Shown here piece after piece: positions 31,239-41,654 of a DNA stretch of 64,000 nt (within the stretch, counting starts at the first letter, position 1; every line of letters starts with the position of its first letter). The notes below the pieces were generated by a model. It was not told the DNA's origin. It saw only the letters and a program-made list of their open reading frames with translations, and did no database searches. This DNA is from Andalucia godoyi And28 (Eukaryota > Protista > Jakobida): positions 109,382 to 173,381 of the forward strand of contig VRVR01000058.1 in assembly GCA_009859145.1 (NCBI GenBank), read 5' to 3'. The position numbers and the translations under genes are program-made.

Positions 31239-34040
31239 ATGGAGAGGTTGGATTACAGTCGGCGACCAGGGTTGCCGCCTATCCAGTCGAGCCACTGCAC
31301 ATCCGCAGAAGCTGGATCCGTATCGGGGGCAGGGTCGATGAGCTCTACGCGATCGACCTTTTCTTCGATTGGGTCGCCGATGAAGACCCCGGCTGTCGCA
31401 AGCGCAAGCGCCAGCACGAGCATGAGCACGAGCACAGCGACGGCTGCGATGTCGCGTAGGAGTGCCTTGCGAAGATCGGACCAGGCCCGTCATCGACTTC
31501 AGAATCACTTGGAAGAGGGTTGTCGCCGGGACTTGCTTGGAGGAGGGCTGCGCATTCCGAGAGCGGTAGGAGTGCGATCGGCTTCCCCGTTTCTGCGCTA
31601 CGGCAGTGTTTCCGACGCACTGCGGTGCCACCATCGCAGCGACAGCGACAATGACAGCGACAATGACAGCGACAATGACAGCGACAATGACAGCGACAGT
31701 GACAGCGACAGCGGCAGGAGGAGGGGGGCGGGGAGAGTGGAGAGCGAGTGGGAGAGAGAGCGGCGGAGGGAGCAGGAGTCGTGGATGCTGGAATCGGTGG
31801 TTGCGATTCGCCGATCGTCAATCTCGGCGCTGGCGAGCGAGGAAAACCACGGCGCCCGACGCAGCTTTGCAATGAATGAGAGCAGCGGGGATGGAAAACG
31901 GGCCTTTTCTGCCAATCTCAGCGCACTGCAGGCGGCCGCGGGGTGCGATCCAGCCAAGTTACCGGGGTTTGCAGCATCGGAAATCACTTTCACCGTCGAT
32001 GCACAACCTGCTTCTGCGGTCTCCACGATGCAGTCAGCAGGTGCTCGCGTTCCCGGTGCCGGTGCGGGAACTGCGTCGAGACTCAGGACAGTAAGTGCGC
32101 TTGATGCGCTCACACTCGCACCGCCAAAGTCACAGTGGGTTGGAGGAAACGAGGAGCTGAGGTCCAGAGCTCGCGAACAGGCGCTTCGGAATGCACCCCT
32201 CGCGTACGGTTGGAACGACGCCTGCGAAGAAAGCCCAGAGAAGGAACAGGCTTGGGTGCACAAGAGGAAGAAGAGGCTCTATTCGCCATTCAAAGGAAAG
32301 AAACATGAAGAGAGGGCTGCCAGGGACTCGGCGCTGCTACAGCGCGCAAAGAAACGCACCAAGGAAAACTCCATCGTTCACAAGCTCGAGGCACGCTTGG
32401 AGTATCTGAGGAATAACGACACCGAACGTCGCAAGCTCGGGGAGCTCGTGGAGAGGTACAAGACAGAAAGGATCATGAAGAGAACAGGACACCTCAGATC
32501 CCTCTCGGCAGTGGAGGTTCGAAGTCCACCCGACGGCAGCCACCCAAAGCCAGATCATGCCCCGCCCACAGCAACAACAATCGCAGACCCGCCGACGTCG
32601 TTCTTCCTTACGGGAGGAGGGCCCTTTGATGAGTCTGATGGCGAGGATGATGGAGCTGGAGTCGGCGATCGCAGTGCCAACAGTCGCATATTGGAGCCAT
32701 CGTCGGCGTCTGGGGATCCGGTGTTCAAGGTGGTCGTGCGGAAGCGCAAAACACCCGCGGAACCGTCTGATGCACGGATACTGCGTGTTCAGACGAGAAA
32801 GCTGGAGATTGATGCAGAGTGGATGAAGCGAAGACTGGCGATTGTGGATCGAGCGGAACACATGGAGGAGATTCGAAAGGCCGCGGAGGAACGACGGGCG
32901 TTCCAGAGGACCTGGCTTTCGCACATCGTGATGCTGCAGCGCGTGCACTCGCTGGTGCATCTCATGGTGAGGGAGCGAGTACGCAAGCGCTTTGATCGGG
33001 CTGCACGCGTCATTCAGCGTTACTGGAAGGGATTCACGGTGTTTCGGGAGATCGTGCTCAAAGAGAAGGCTCTCCAGCTCCTCACGAGGTTCATCATCAA
33101 GGTCGTAGCGCGCCGCCGCCGCGTGAAGGCTCGAATGTCCGCACTGCTGATCAGAACGTATCTCGAGGACATCCGAGAGGCTAACAGGATACTGTTCGTG
33201 GTCAAGAGATTCCGACATGCCGTGATCACCGTGCAGCGGATGTGGCGCCGGTATCGAGTATCCAAGCGTGCACGCATGATGATTCTTCTCAGCCAGTTCC
33301 AAAAGGCATCTGCCCACATTTGCGCGAAGCTCACAAAGCAGATCAAACACTGTGCAGCCCATGACCAGCTCACTGCAATTGTGAAGCGAGACGAGGTGCA
33401 GCATCTTGCACCGGATATTGTGTTTGGGTTGTTGGAGCAGAATCTGAGAGAGCGTCAGATCGTGTACCTTGTCCAGTGGAGGCAGTACGAGGCCCTGATG
33501 AACACGTACCGCGACCGCGTGGAGTTTGAGCGCGCACGATTGCTTGTGCAGCAGCAGGCAACGCCGAATGCAGTGGCTCAGATCTTCCCATCGGCAGCCT
33601 CCGTTATGGGAATTCTTGCAGGCCGACCTCTGACGCGCGAAACCGCAAGACGACACCACGCGGAGCTCAAATCCATACAGGCAATTGCAGACGAGCAGGC
33701 TGTTACGGCACGAATTCTTCGGAATGTTGGTCCCCATCCAAAGCCCCCGCACTTTGCCACCGTGATTCCTCCAGGCCAGATGCTTGCGCTGGTGCATGCT
33801 GCGCTGAACGAACAGCGAGAGCGAATGAAGCAGCGCCTGATCGAGAGAGGCGAGACAATCGAGAACATCATCCAGCAAGACAAGGACAAGCACATAGACA
33901 CGGACAAGGACAAGGACAAGCAGAGGGACAAGGACAAGGACAAGGAGTGGAGGTCCAGTCGAGAGAGACGACTGTCGTCTCGGCAGGCCTCCCAGCGCTC
34001 TGCATCAACCGCATCCAGACGAAACTCATCGAGGAGTTGA
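31239..34040 (+). CDS. IQ-motif coiled-coil protein of unknown function
   Basis: AARVIQRYWKGF and AVITVQRMWRRY IQ motifs; DSDN and DKDK low-complexity repeats; uninterrupted 933-aa ORF. Confidence 0.75.
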   Translation: MERLDYSRRPGLPPIQSSHCTSAEAGSVSGAGSMSSTRSTFSSIGSPMKTPAVASASASTSMSTSTATAAMSRRSALRRSDQARHRLQNHLEEGCRRDLLGGGLRIPRAVGVRSASPFLRYGSVSDALRCHHRSDSDNDSDNDSDNDSDNDSDSDSDSGRRRGAGRVESEWERERRREQESWMLESVVAIRRSSISALASEENHGARRSFAMNESSGDGKRAFSANLSALQAAAGCDPAKLPGFAASEITFTVDAQPASAVSTMQSAGARVPGAGAGTASRLRTVSALDALTLAPPKSQWVGGNEELRSRAREQALRNAPLAYGWNDACEESPEKEQAWVHKRKKRLYSPFKGKKHEERAARDSALLQRAKKRTKENSIVHKLEARLEYLRNNDTERRKLGELVERYKTERIMKRTGHLRSLSAVEVRSPPDGSHPKPDHAPPTATTIADPPTSFFLTGGGPFDESDGEDDGAGVGDRSANSRILEPSSASGDPVFKVVVRKRKTPAEPSDARILRVQTRKLEIDAEWMKRRLAIVDRAEHMEEIRKAAEERRAFQRTWLSHIVMLQRVHSLVHLMVRERVRKRFDRAARVIQRYWKGFTVFREIVLKEKALQLLTRFIIKVVARRRRVKARMSALLIRTYLEDIREANRILFVVKRFRHAVITVQRMWRRYRVSKRARMMILLSQFQKASAHICAKLTKQIKHCAAHDQLTAIVKRDEVQHLAPDIVFGLLEQNLRERQIVYLVQWRQYEALMNTYRDRVEFERARLLVQQQATPNAVAQIFPSAASVMGILAGRPLTRETARRHHAELKSIQAIADEQAVTARILRNVGPHPKPPHFATVIPPGQMLALVHAALNEQRERMKQRLIERGETIENIIQQDKDKHIDTDKDKDKQRDKDKDKEWRSSRERRLSSRQASQRSASTASRRNSSRS

Positions 34041-34152
34041 CCCTGCCCACCGAGCGAGCAGCCGATGCCACGCTTCGATTGCCATGCCCCGTCTCATCAT
34101 TTCGCTCTCATGCGCAGATCAGAAAATAATGGCGGGAAAAATATATAAAGGA

Positions 34153-34154
<2 letters not shown>

Positions 34155-34190
<36 letters not shown>
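34155..34190. repeat. (GA)n microsatellite
   Basis: Visible directly between the convergent IQ and ABCG genes. Confidence 0.95.
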
Positions 34191-34193
<3 letters not shown>

Positions 34194-34346
34194 AGTTCAT
34201 TTAATTTCAAAAAACACATTAATCAAGATTTCAAGAAACACTAAATAACAGCAGCAAGACAGCGACAGCGATCCAATGGAACTCGCATAGTGGACGATCG
34301 TATTGGACGCGTACCTAGCACGTACTCGTTCCACGAGGCTGCGTGG

Positions 34347-37300
34347 CTATCGGGATCGACCCAGATAGCTTCGGAACCACAGACTGCCAAATGCAATGAT
34401 TCGATATGCCAATGTTACGGCGAACATGACAATGATGTTCTCCGTCATGTCCACGTTTCCCATGTTGTACAAGTCAAGGACTTGCTGTCCACGTGTGTAC
34501 AGACACTGGCCGTTGATCTGCTGGCTGGAGTTGCAGGTAAACGACAGGCCGTCGAATTCATTCTTGGCCATGACCTTGGCAGCATAAAAGAGAACAGAAA
34601 TGTGGTTTAGATACTCGATGGCAAGAGGAAAGTTGATGGACATCAGCCCTGCCGATACGGTGGACAGCGACAGGACCAAGCTGAGCAGCGTTACGGAAAA
34701 TCCGACATGCTGAACCATGGTGCAGAAAATGATGCCGATCGACTCTCCAACATTCATGATGCAGAACACAACAAAGGCCAAGATGATAAACGTCGGACCA
34801 GAGTACTGGAGGCCGGTGACGGGTCCTGCGAACGCAGTAAACACGAGGCACGACACAATCTCAAAGGGGACTTCCACGAGCATGTAGGCCCACAAGAACG
34901 CCCACGAAGAGTACGTCCCGTCCACCTCTTCTCGGTAAAAGACATTTCTTTCCGGGACATACACGGAAATGCAGTTCAACATTCCGATGAACAGCAGCGC
35001 TCCAAACTCGTTAAGGAGTCCAATCCGATTCTGAATGGAGTAGTAGTTGTCGCTCAGAGGAGCAAAGAAGATGGCAAGAATGATGGCAAACGACACGCTC
35101 TGAAACACACGGGCAATACACAGCTCGGGCTGGCGGAACAAATTCACGCATGAACGATACAACAGCAACCGAAGCGCGACAAAGAACGGCGCCATGCGCT
35201 GTCCACCCGCATGGGTCGCCGGGCGCACCGTGGACTGCGCAGCATTCCCGCTCCCACAGCCAATCGTCGTCGTTGTCTCCAATGCGCCGGCGGCACCAAC
35301 TGCAGACTGCCCGTCGTCCTTGTGTCTGTTCTTCTCAGCAAAGCATCGGACAAGGGTATCCAGCTGCCGCTTCGATTCCTCCTCGGCCTCCACCGTTCGG
35401 TAGTCCACAGAGGAGCAATCGATGAAGAAATCTGCAGGATTCACCAGCTTTGGACAAGTAAGTCCCAGATTCGCAAACCAACCCAGCATGCCTTTTGCTT
35501 CTCCAAAGTACACAACTTGTCCGCCTTTGCCCATGAGAAGAATGTCGTCAAACAAGTGGAACAGATCCGAGCGAGGTTGGTGGAGGGTCGTAATCACAGT
35601 CTGGCCGCATTTTGCCAAGGCCTTCAGCAAGGAGACGATGCTGTGTGCCGTAAACGCGTCCAGACCAGAAGTTGGTTCATCGGCCAGCAGAATTCGCGGA
35701 TGGCTTAGCAGCTGCACGGCAATGCTCACACGCCGCCGCTCACCTCCTGAGATGCCACGAACCAGTTCGTTGCCAATTCGAGTGTCTGCACAAGACTTTA
35801 GCCCTAGGATTCGGATCAAGTCTTCGGCACGCTGAATCTTCTGCTCAACCGACAAGGCTTCTGAAAGCCGCAGCTTCGCAGAAATATGCAGAGTCTCCCG
35901 AACTGTCAGCAACGGGAGCAGTTGGTCATGCTGCATCACATACGCAAGGATGGACCGCAGCGTCTCTACAGACAGTGTGTCGCATCCATCCACAAACACG
36001 TTGCCGGATTGGCGAATGCTCGTTCCGAGGGTCTGGGAAGCTGCAATGCGCCTGGAAATGCAGTTCAGGATACTGGACTTTCCGGCGCCAGAAGCACCCA
36101 ACACAACTGTAAGTCGGCCCGGCCGAAATGTAACGTTGACGTTGTTCAAAATGGTCTTCGTCTTGGTCGGCGAGTCAATGTTGGCAAACTTCTTAACCGA
36201 AACGAGACGGAGATTCTGCAGGGAAACGACCGCCCCGTCAAAAGAAATCGCTCCTTCCTCTGTATCCAACACCATTGTTGCAAATTCCTTTTGATCGTCG
36301 TGAAGAGGATCGGAATACTCCACGTCTGCGACACTCACAACATCGGCTGGGTTCACAGACACCGTCGCCACTCTGTTCCCAGCAGAGGAAGAATCATCGC
36401 CGTCGCGTTCGCGTTCGCGTTCGTGCTCGCGCTCGAGTTCTTCATCCAAAACCACAGCCGGCACACTCTTTGTCGGTGCCGCCGCAGCAGCAGCATGCAG
36501 ACTGAAATCATACTGCGTTCTGTTGGCGCCGACAACCGCTGGCTTTGGAGTGACCTTTGCAAGAACAAACACTGTAAGCAAGAAGAATCCAAGAATCATG
36601 CCTGCGAGCGCCAGCGGAGGTGCGACATCATCATCTGGCTGGAATCCAAAGTTGCGAAGCACGGTATTCCCCTGGAATGGACTGCAATCCAGTGTCCCAG
36701 CAGGGCAATCAAACAACCGATTCGAAAATTCGTTGGATTGCAGGATGCGCATTCCCCAGTAAATGAAGCCCACGTACTGGATCCAGCCAATGTAGACCGG
36801 AAGCGTATCTGACTGCGCAAAAATACCACAGCCCAAGCTGATGAATGTGAAGAACGAATTCGCGATGAGAGAGGCAACTGCAAACGACCGATTGAGGCCC
36901 GAACACATGAAAGCCATGGCGCCCGACGTCCACATTGCCATCGTTTGGATGCCGTAGAATATAAAAAAGTGATCCCAGCCAGGACGGAGACCAACCAAAT
37001 GATAGTAAATGAGCGAAAAGGGCAACATGAACACGGTAGGTGGCAGCATCATCATCACGTACTCAGACAGCGCATACGGAAGCACAGAGTACATACCGTC
37101 TTTCCTCTCGCGATCGAAGACGCGTAAATCTTGGCATTTTTGATTCACGGAGAAGACGGTGAAGATGTACGTCTGCAACGCCATGGCCTGATAGACCGCA
37201 TACACTCGTGAGCGGATTCCAGCTTGCGAGTCCGACAAATCAAAGAACATGTATCCAAGGATGAGTCCCATGACAATGGATTCAACAAACGTTCCCGTCA

Positions 37301-38600
37301 AACTCATCCAGTCGCGACGCATGTTGAGGAACGATCTACTCATAAGAGTCATCAGCTGCTTCCACAAGGGCACCAAGACCACCGTCGATCCTTCCATTCC
37401 TGAAGACTTCACATTCTTGGCTACCAAAGCATTGGTTTGCTGGAGAATCGCCTTCCTCTCTGCGGACGAGCTCCATTGGTTCACAAGGAACCGCACGCGC
37501 TTGAAACTCGACTCTTCATTTTCCTTGCTTCTGTCATCCAGAGATGAGATATCGAGCAAGAAGTCCGCGGGGTTTGTCAGATCTGGGCAGCAGAACCCCC
37601 TCTGCGCAAAATACTCGAGAGCACTGGTTCTGAGGCCTGCATACACCAACCGTCCCCTGGTAAGCAACCAAATAGTGTCGAACAGATCGAAGACGTCGGC
37701 TCGTGGCGCATGAATACTCATGATGACCGTCTTGTTCTGCTCGTGAGCGATCTTTGCCAAGAGCTCCACGACGATTCTCGCGTGAAACGCATCGAGTCCA
37801 CTTGTGCATTCGTCCAGCAGGAGGACTTTGGGGTTCGCAAGCAGCTGAATGCCGATGCTGACGCGGCGTTTTTCACCGCCGGAACAGCCGCCTTTCCTGC
37901 CACCTGCAGACGCACCGCCTCCGGAAGCAGCCGATTCGCCACCAATGAGCGTATCCGCACACTCCCGAAGCCCAAGGTCCCGAATGACCTTCTCAATCCG
38001 CTCCAACTTCTCCTCGCGCGACACATTGGCCCCAAGTCGCAGATGTGCTGCGTAGTAGAGCGTTTCCCGCACTGTCAGATGCGGAATCAGATCGTCGTTT
38101 TGCGGCACATACCCTACTACAGACGAAAGCGTCGAGCGCGCCAGTTCCGAATGCAGACTGTCGTTCAGGAACACTTGTCCGTCCATCAGCACCCCAGTCA
38201 CACTCACTCCCACGCTCACACTTGCACCCGCACCCGCACCCGCACCCGCACCCGCACTTGCCGGTACTGCCATGTCATCGGCAGGCTCCGGCGCCTCCAT
38301 CGTGCTCAGTTGCATCATGTGATCGGGAACCAAACGGCGCGCAATCACATCCAGCAAAGACGTTTTGCCAGAGCCGGATCCACCCAGTATCGCAACGACC
38401 TGCCCAGGCTCCGCAACCACATCAATCTCTTTCAAAATCCAATTCACAATATTTTCTCCCGCACCCTCCCTTGCTGCCGCAGTCGTAGTTGCATCCGAGC
38501 CGGCAGTCGTAGATGAAGCGTCGGGCTTGGCAGCAACGGAAAACGCCAGCGACACACTGGACACGGAGACCCGCACATTGCCCGCCTCGCCAGAAGACAT
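34347..38600 (-). CDS. Full-size ABCG transporter, (NBD-TMD)2
   Basis: Walker A GGSGSGKTS and GASGAGKSS; signatures CSGGEKRRVSIG and ISGGERRRVSIA; Walker B LLLDE and LLADEPTSGLD; two ABC2 membrane domains. Confidence 0.96.
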   Translation of the reverse strand: MSSGEAGNVRVSVSSVSLAFSVAAKPDASSTTAGSDATTTAAAREGAGENIVNWILKEIDVVAEPGQVVAILGGSGSGKTSLLDVIARRLVPDHMMQLSTMEAPEPADDMAVPASAGAGAGAGAGASVSVGVSVTGVLMDGQVFLNDSLHSELARSTLSSVVGYVPQNDDLIPHLTVRETLYYAAHLRLGANVSREEKLERIEKVIRDLGLRECADTLIGGESAASGGGASAGGRKGGCSGGEKRRVSIGIQLLANPKVLLLDECTSGLDAFHARIVVELLAKIAHEQNKTVIMSIHAPRADVFDLFDTIWLLTRGRLVYAGLRTSALEYFAQRGFCCPDLTNPADFLLDISSLDDRSKENEESSFKRVRFLVNQWSSSAERKAILQQTNALVAKNVKSSGMEGSTVVLVPLWKQLMTLMSRSFLNMRRDWMSLTGTFVESIVMGLILGYMFFDLSDSQAGIRSRVYAVYQAMALQTYIFTVFSVNQKCQDLRVFDRERKDGMYSVLPYALSEYVMMMLPPTVFMLPFSLIYYHLVGLRPGWDHFFIFYGIQTMAMWTSGAMAFMCSGLNRSFAVASLIANSFFTFISLGCGIFAQSDTLPVYIGWIQYVGFIYWGMRILQSNEFSNRLFDCPAGTLDCSPFQGNTVLRNFGFQPDDDVAPPLALAGMILGFFLLTVFVLAKVTPKPAVVGANRTQYDFSLHAAAAAAPTKSVPAVVLDEELEREHERERERDGDDSSSAGNRVATVSVNPADVVSVADVEYSDPLHDDQKEFATMVLDTEEGAISFDGAVVSLQNLRLVSVKKFANIDSPTKTKTILNNVNVTFRPGRLTVVLGASGAGKSSILNCISRRIAASQTLGTSIRQSGNVFVDGCDTLSVETLRSILAYVMQHDQLLPLLTVRETLHISAKLRLSEALSVEQKIQRAEDLIRILGLKSCADTRIGNELVRGISGGERRRVSIAVQLLSHPRILLADEPTSGLDAFTAHSIVSLLKALAKCGQTVITTLHQPRSDLFHLFDDILLMGKGGQVVYFGEAKGMLGWFANLGLTCPKLVNPADFFIDCSSVDYRTVEAEEESKRQLDTLVRCFAEKNRHKDDGQSAVGAAGALETTTTIGCGSGNAAQSTVRPATHAGGQRMAPFFVALRLLLYRSCVNLFRQPELCIARVFQSVSFAIILAIFFAPLSDNYYSIQNRIGLLNEFGALLFIGMLNCISVYVPERNVFYREEVDGTYSSWAFLWAYMLVEVPFEIVSCLVFTAFAGPVTGLQYSGPTFIILAFVVFCIMNVGESIGIIFCTMVQHVGFSVTLLSLVLSLSTVSAGLMSINFPLAIEYLNHISVLFYAAKVMAKNEFDGLSFTCNSSQQINGQCLYTRGQQVLDLYNMGNVDMTENIIVMFAVTLAYRIIAFGSLWFRSYLGRSR

Positions 38601-38636
38601 TATGCCTGTTACACCGTTCGAGCCACACGCAGTTCG

Positions 38637-38736
38637 TCACAATATCACAAAAATCACAGTATCTCACAAAAGTCACAGTATCTCACAAAAGTCACAGTAT
38701 CTCACAAAAATCACAGTATCTCACAAAAATCACAGG
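38637..38736. repeat. 19-bp tandem repeat tcacagtatctcacaaaa(g/a), 4 full units plus degenerate flanks
   Basis: Units at 38654, 38673, 38692 and 38711, located ~50-130 bp upstream of the ABCG ATG. Confidence 0.92.
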
Positions 38737-38992
38737 AAACACAGGAAACAATCAGCACAGCAGACAACGTACAGCAAAATCCTACCGGCGCACACGGACA
38801 GAGATGAAAAAGGGGCTCTCTTAGGGACTCAAGCTCCTCATTCTCCCCTTCCGTTAGTTTGTCAGTTAGTTTTTAAAGTGGCGCATTTTTTCCCCTTCTC
38901 GAGCAAGCAAGCATCAAGCATCATGTTGGATCCAAGCGCGAAAAAAAAAGAGCGCTGGGACAAAGGAGGCAGCTACAGTACGTTTCTCTTCC

Positions 38993-39037
38993 GTTTTCTG
39001 GTTTTTCTGGTTTTTCTGGTTTTTCTGGTTTTTCTGG
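38993..39037. repeat. 9-bp tandem repeat gtttttctg, about 5 units
   Basis: Visible directly, ~100 bp upstream of the ATG at 39134. Confidence 0.85.
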
Positions 39038-39133
39038 ATTTTTTCTTTCTTCTATGCCACTTTGCTGTTGTTTTGGAGCGTGTGTTTTGAGGATCCTGGG
39101 ATTGGCAGTACTTTGGGAAGGGATATCGAAGGC

Positions 39134-41158
39134 ATGGCATCAAGCGCGCGGATTGACAAGGAGTGCCAACGACTGTCATCGAAGCTGTCAGAGCCGGTGA
39201 ATCGCGCCCGCGTGTCCTTGCTGCTGCCGCATGCATCGCGCCAGTGCCTTGTTGACCATGCGTCCGTGATTCTGTCAGCGATTGAAAAGCACCGATCGGC
39301 GGACCTGTTCGTGGCGGTGTGTCTGCATGCAAGCTCGGAGACCTGGAGGTCGCAACTCAGCGCTGCGTTTTACCGCGACTTCATCAAGGATCCACGACGA
39401 CTGTCGCTTGTGCTATCCAGTCGACATGTATACTTGCTACGAAACCATTCGGACTATCTCGTGGCGAGACTGGACGCACTCGGAAGCGCGTTTCTCCAAA
39501 AGTACGACGGAAAGACAATGCGATCGGTGTCGGCAAGTGACGTGAAGAAGGCAGCAATTGTCGCGGATTGCTTGGCGAAACTGGTGCATGTCTTTCCAGC
39601 ATGTGTGACTGCGAGTGGGAGTTCCGCGTCAAAACAAGTCGCCAATCGCAGTACTATTCATTTCAAGAGTGGAAGTGGAAGTGGAAGTGGGAGTGGGAGT
39701 GGGAGTGGAAAAGGAGCGTCGCCCAGCAGTCCAGCATCAGCGTATGCCTCAGGACTGCTGGAGCGCATTTTGCGAGTGCTCGCAAAGTCAGCGCCAACTC
39801 GCACCTCTAGCACATCGCGGCTCGAGGATTGGAGGTCGTCGGAGCCCGTTTGCGAGTGGTTCCACAAACGGATTCTTGTCTCCATAATGTCGCATTCGTC
39901 GTTTCGTTGCTGCCGAAGCCAATTTCCGCTCAAGAGCTTGCTTTCCCTTGCATTGGAACATCAGCAGGTTGACTTGTTTGTGGTGCTGATTACCACTTTC
40001 GGCTCTGCACTCCTTCCGTTTCATCAGTCCATCTCCCATTTCCTCACAGACCCAAGTCTGTGGACTCACGACTTGTGGGCGTGCGCGTTTGAAAAGTGGC
40101 TCTGCGTAGGCGGAGTGTCGCTGTTGAGCCACCTGAAGAATTCAGTCTCGGGAGTGAAGCGCGGCGCGTCTGCCAGCGTCGAGGCAGGGCTGTTTTCCTT
40201 GTTGCTGGAATTCCCACAGCATTTGCTGATCAGAATCCTGCAGCGCTGCTCCCGCTTTCATTCCGGTACCGTTGGCGGAACCACGTTGCTTCCTTTTCTT
40301 CCGGAATCCATTGTCTCTGCGCTCGAGCAGCACCACCTCGCCAAGATTTACGAGGCCGTTTTGGTCTGCCCCAAGAATGCGCAGCCAGCGCATGTTGAAA
40401 TTGCATCTCTGTGCGCGGGCTGCCATGTCGGTGCCACGCCGTACTTCTCGCTTCACGTGCTGCTTTCCCAACGCTGCATGGGCTCCCGCATTGTTCGACG
40501 CAGAGTGCCTGAACATGTGCTGCACACGTGGTCATCGTTTCTCAGTTCGTATATCCATCCCCGATGCGGACCGTCGGTTCTTGTCCCAATTGCAGACATT
40601 CGAGAAACCGTTCAGCGTCTGGGCAAGTCCATTGCCGGTGTTGCGGCGCTGGAGCTTCAGCTAGACTGCGACCCTAGCCTGGAGGTCGAGGTGGGCCTCA
40701 GTCGAGATGGCCCCGCGTCCACTGCAGCACAGTCGCTTCCGACCGAGTCTGCGCCGGTGCGTCCTCAGCCGCTTACGGGCTCCAAACACTCGGAGCCGGG
40801 GGCTGCCGCGTCGACTGCTGCCGAGGTCCGTGCGGAGGACGTCGAAGATCCACCAGCCTCGAAACGGCCTCGTCCTGCAGCTGCCAGCAATCCTGTGCCT
40901 AGCAGTGTGCCTAGCAGTGTGCCTAGCAGTGTGCCTAGCAGTGTGCCTAGCAGTGTGCCAAACCCTCCGCCAACAGCCCCTCCAGCCGCCCGGTCGACTA
41001 TTGCACAGCCTCTCGTCACTCCCTCGCATTGGACGCAGCCGCAAGCTCAAACCCATGATAGTGCCCATGATGATGATGATGATGATGATGAACTGGCCTC
41101 GATTGGCTCTCTGGATTCTGACATTAGCTTGGGGTCCATGGACGACGACAACAAATAG
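39134..41158 (+). CDS. Hypothetical helical-repeat protein with Pro-rich/acidic tail, possibly PELP1/Rix1-like
   Basis: Leu-rich helical N-terminal region, an IHPRCGP motif reminiscent of PELP1/Rix1 'HPR.PP', a (SSVP)5 12-bp repeat and a poly-D C-terminus. The family call is weak. Confidence 0.55.
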   Translation: MASSARIDKECQRLSSKLSEPVNRARVSLLLPHASRQCLVDHASVILSAIEKHRSADLFVAVCLHASSETWRSQLSAAFYRDFIKDPRRLSLVLSSRHVYLLRNHSDYLVARLDALGSAFLQKYDGKTMRSVSASDVKKAAIVADCLAKLVHVFPACVTASGSSASKQVANRSTIHFKSGSGSGSGSGSGSGKGASPSSPASAYASGLLERILRVLAKSAPTRTSSTSRLEDWRSSEPVCEWFHKRILVSIMSHSSFRCCRSQFPLKSLLSLALEHQQVDLFVVLITTFGSALLPFHQSISHFLTDPSLWTHDLWACAFEKWLCVGGVSLLSHLKNSVSGVKRGASASVEAGLFSLLLEFPQHLLIRILQRCSRFHSGTVGGTTLLPFLPESIVSALEQHHLAKIYEAVLVCPKNAQPAHVEIASLCAGCHVGATPYFSLHVLLSQRCMGSRIVRRRVPEHVLHTWSSFLSSYIHPRCGPSVLVPIADIRETVQRLGKSIAGVAALELQLDCDPSLEVEVGLSRDGPASTAAQSLPTESAPVRPQPLTGSKHSEPGAAASTAAEVRAEDVEDPPASKRPRPAAASNPVPSSVPSSVPSSVPSSVPSSVPNPPPTAPPAARSTIAQPLVTPSHWTQPQAQTHDSAHDDDDDDDELASIGSLDSDISLGSMDDDNK

Positions 41159-41161
41159 CAC

Positions 41162-41227
41162 TTTCTAGCATGTCCAGCGGTGATCGATCCAGACTGGAAT
41201 GGAGCGCACAACATCTATTTGAAGAGC
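41162..41227 (+). mobile_element. Fanzor2/TnpB-like C-terminal relic (end of Zn ribbon plus RuvC-III)
   Basis: FLACPAVIDPDWNGAHNIYLKS matches 'FxCxxC..DRDxNGARNIxLK'. The DNA gcatgtccagcg..atcgatccagactg matches gcatgtcccgcg..attgatcgagattg in the 2273-2545 relic. Confidence 0.75.
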
Positions 41228-41314
41228 ACGGTGTGCATCCACTTGTGTGCTGGGGCCGGCCACTCTTGTCGATTGATTTTCGTAGGATCGATTATTCATG
41301 CAGGATTGCAACAG
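41225..41314 (+). ncRNA. Candidate omegaRNA-scaffold/right-end remnant of the Fanzor-like element
   Basis: Lies directly 3' of the RuvC-III codons. Short stems: agcac/gtgct (41225-41251), tcgat/atcga (41269-41291), tgca-ggat-tgca (41299-41310). Boundary and function are inferred only. Confidence 0.35.
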
Positions 41315-41512
41315 TACCAAAGAGATCCCATTAATATGGATGCCGGTTTCGCAGGAGTGTCCGTGTCCATCGTAACTTCTGTTCTATGCAACGCTCGTAA
41401 TATACCCCTTCTCAAATATGAGTCACCGCATTTGCGTCTTTCTCTTCTTTTCCTCGTATTCCGTTTCACACTTTGATTTTTGCTGCTATTGTAATTTTAA
41501 TTTTCCACTTTA

Positions 41513-41560
<48 letters not shown>
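41513..41560. repeat. (TAT)n microsatellite
   Basis: Visible directly. Confidence 0.95.
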
Positions 41561-41561
<1 letters not shown>

Positions 41562-41654
41562 TTTGTTCGTCTTTCTGACTGTTGGGCCTTGCACTGTTGC
41601 AGGGTTAGAGAAGTCTGTAACTTTAAAAAAGACAAATAGAACGCCGGGAGAACA

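Noticed and set aside
38637-38736. Tandem 19-mers as a possible CRISPR-like array
   Set aside because: Units are contiguous with no unique spacers, the context is eukaryotic and there are no cas genes.
34128-38950. E2F-like motifs (tggcgggaaaa at ~34130, gcgcgaaa at ~38937)
   Set aside because: 8-mers of this kind are expected by chance in 64 kb, and one lies between convergent genes. Enrichment cannot be shown without computation.
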